A stretch of 64,000 nucleotides of DNA from Amoebophrya sp. A120 (taxonomy: Eukaryota; Protista; Dinoflagellata), in the NCBI GenBank assembly GCA_905178155.1, contig CAJINV010000024.1, positions 352,715 to 416,714 of the forward strand. The letters run 5' to 3'. Shown piece after piece: positions 62,101-64,000 of this stretch (position 1 is the first letter of the stretch; every line of letters starts with the position of its first letter). Below the pieces are notes generated by a model. The model was not told the origin of the DNA. It worked only from the letters and a program-made list of their open reading frames with translations, and did no database searches. A program made the position numbers and the translations under genes.

Positions 62101-63242
62101 GCCCCCGACGCGCAGAAAAACGACTGCTTTTCGCGGCTGAGAACGCCTGAAGAGTTCTCGTTTGCCTTCGTCACCAGCTTCTCGCAAGACTTGACGTCGC
62201 TGCGGGCGGGGTTGGGCCCCTACAGCGGCATCACTGACATCGGCCTGACCAACCACTCGGCGGTCGGCAAAGACAGAGTTAGCATGAAGCGCAGAGGGTG
62301 CCCGTTGGACCTTTTTCTGTTCGCGGACAGCCTAGACCACAGAAAGTGGTCCGGGACCAGTGATGAAGAAAACCGCAAGATACAGCTTCGCACGACCGTC
62401 AACTATGCATTGCAAAAGCATTGCGCTAGTACAAATCGCCTGAGATGAAATTATTAATAATTGAATTTGTCATGCAGATTCAGATAAGGAAGTGTAGTTG
62501 GTTCGTCATGCAAGACTTTTCCGATTTCTACGAGCACGAGAGCTTTGCACAGGATATCGCATACGATATCACGAAAGTACAACCCGCGGATCCGCTGCAG
62601 GACAGATGGGGTGTCATTCTGCACATCGAGCGGCACGGCCCACCTGACCAGGACCAAGACGCGCCGAACGTGTTGCAGGAGCAGGCGACTACTCGGTACT
62701 ACCTCGAAACGGAAGCGGAGGTGGATGAGTTTCTGGTAGAGTTGAATGCAATATGCAAGATCGGAGCGGAGGCTAGGGCGCAGGCGGTGAAGGATATTAT
62801 CGCGCTTGGCACAGAGGCGATGACAGTGCCATACGAGCATGCGTTCACGCTATCTTCGGATAGAGGCCCGTACGTCCCGTTTGGATTGACGCATTTTCGG
62901 ATCGAGGAGCTGGACAACATTGGCGAGGAGAACTCGGCTGCCAGCGAAGATGATCGCGTGGGGAACGAAGCTGCAGATGGTCTTGTCGAGGAGGAGTGCA
63001 ATAGCCAGCAAAATGAACCGCAGGACGAGGAAGGCAACAGCTCCGACCGGGGGACCGATGACCACAACTCTGCCGACAACATGATTGGCCTCGAGAAACT
63101 CGGATTCCCAACTTGGCTGGAGCTCATGAAGCTCACGTTTTCCCACCGATTCCAGCAGAGCCGCAGCGCCGAACCAGTTCCAGCCCGAGCTCCGATTCAA
63201 ATTTCCTGCAGCTTCGCTGTCCGGGGGTGGTCGGCGTCGTAA
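59195..63242 (+). CDS. Large hypothetical protein (gene B), paralog of 39469-44257; 4 introner introns and one probable GT-AG intron (~60940-61200)
   Basis: Collinear similarity to gene A: VVRANPRRI/AIRSNPRVI, TDRQYLALALQRAEDV/SDREYAAVALQRAQDV, PLDLFLF/PLDFFFL, DPLQDRWGV/DPSRQRWGV; 5' start uncertain. Confidence 0.85.
59789..60135. mobile_element. Introner
   Basis: TIR taccaactgcaag..atgtctgggtc / gacccagacatctttccaattgata; direct repeat atgca/atcaa. Confidence 0.8.
60164..60366. mobile_element. Introner (degenerate)
   Basis: tatccactgtgaaaacagc / gctgattttgtggagcata; frame restored. Confidence 0.65.
61525..61766. mobile_element. Introner (subfamily of 17373)
   Basis: TIR tatcaaatgcaaaaatgtttgggtctgga; perfect direct repeat aaaga. 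Confidence 0.95.
62404..62556. mobile_element. Introner (short, degenerate)
   Basis: tatgcattgcaaaagc / gctttgcacaggata; direct repeat tcaac/tcgca; removal joins ORFs 61927 and 62445 in frame. Confidence 0.7.
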
Positions 63243-64000
63243 CTGCCCCTTCTCCACGTGGCGAAGGGGATTGTCGCATCCTGCTGCGAAAGTGCTCGGA
63301 AGTGTTTCTTTCGTGGAAGTGTAAAATGATTGTTAAACGAAAACAGAGGGGAGAACGAAGTCTGAGTTTCGAAACAGCAGACACAAAAGCAATCGCTCTC
63401 TGCCACTTTCATGACTTCTAAATTCCTTTTATTGGGCGGGATGATCGATGTTGGACGGCAAGACTAAAAAAAGCTCCAAAGAACAAAAAAATCGCCAGTA
63501 TCTTGCTTCGAAACTACTCAAAAGTATATTTTTGTTTCGTGTAAGTGCAATCAAAATGATTCATATTGCGTTCGCTTCTCTAGAGTTGATTCTTCGCGCA
63601 GGAGCAGTTACGAAAAAGTTGCGTGTCTCGGCTGGGATTGAAGAAGAATGTCAAGGTGGAAGAACATATCGACCCATTTTTTCTTGTGGTTGTGTCGTGA
63701 TAATTGCATCGTCACCATGCAAAGGATCTTCAAATAGCTTATATAGAGGAGTTTTTCTAACGAGAGACACAAAATGTTCGAGATGAGATCGAGTTCTGAG
63801 TGCAATAAACACGCAGAAGGCCGACAGCCATATTTTTTCTTACAGCGCCCATACTTCTCCCCTTCACCGGCTACCCGCATTGAACAACCTACAACCACTT
63901 CATCGAGCGCACCCACCAAAATTTTTCTCGTGGAGTACTTTCTGCAACTGTAACTGACAAACAGAATTATAGCGGTCTTTTGCATAAGTGACACAAGAAT

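Noticed and set aside
14763-62556. Nucleosome-quantised introner lengths
   Set aside because: Lengths span 132-358 bp fairly continuously, with no clear modes in about 31 elements.

Overview
Eukaryotic, intron-rich DNA with no prokaryotic operons, rRNA, tRNA or true CRISPR array detected. The dominant feature is a set of about 31 short (130-360 bp) MITE-like elements bounded by terminal inverted repeats (TAT-N7-AAA...TTT-N7-ATA) and usually by a 5-bp direct repeat. At least 27 sit inside four protein-coding genes as non-canonical introns. This matches the inverted-repeat introners described for the parasitic dinoflagellate Amoebophrya (organism inferred). Removing each element plus exactly 5 nt (best register 1 nt upstream and 4 nt downstream) rebuilds a divergent Ser/Thr kinase (45.6-53.4 kb), two paralogous unknown genes (39.5-44.3 and 59.2-63.2 kb) and a gene at 14.6-16.6 kb, even where the direct repeat has decayed and whichever way the element points. 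This suggests hairpin-measured, largely sequence-independent splicing. A GCAT(G/C/T)ACA(A/G)A motif is shared by introner interiors and by two satellites. The window also holds a gene-poor repeat block (17-38 kb) with a 99-bp satellite, two alternating-spacer arrays and a palindrome array, plus a 21-bp G-rich minisatellite, an 855-bp element with long TTAGGG-starting TIRs, and segmental duplications at 4-13 kb. All splicing was reconstructed by hand without transcript data.
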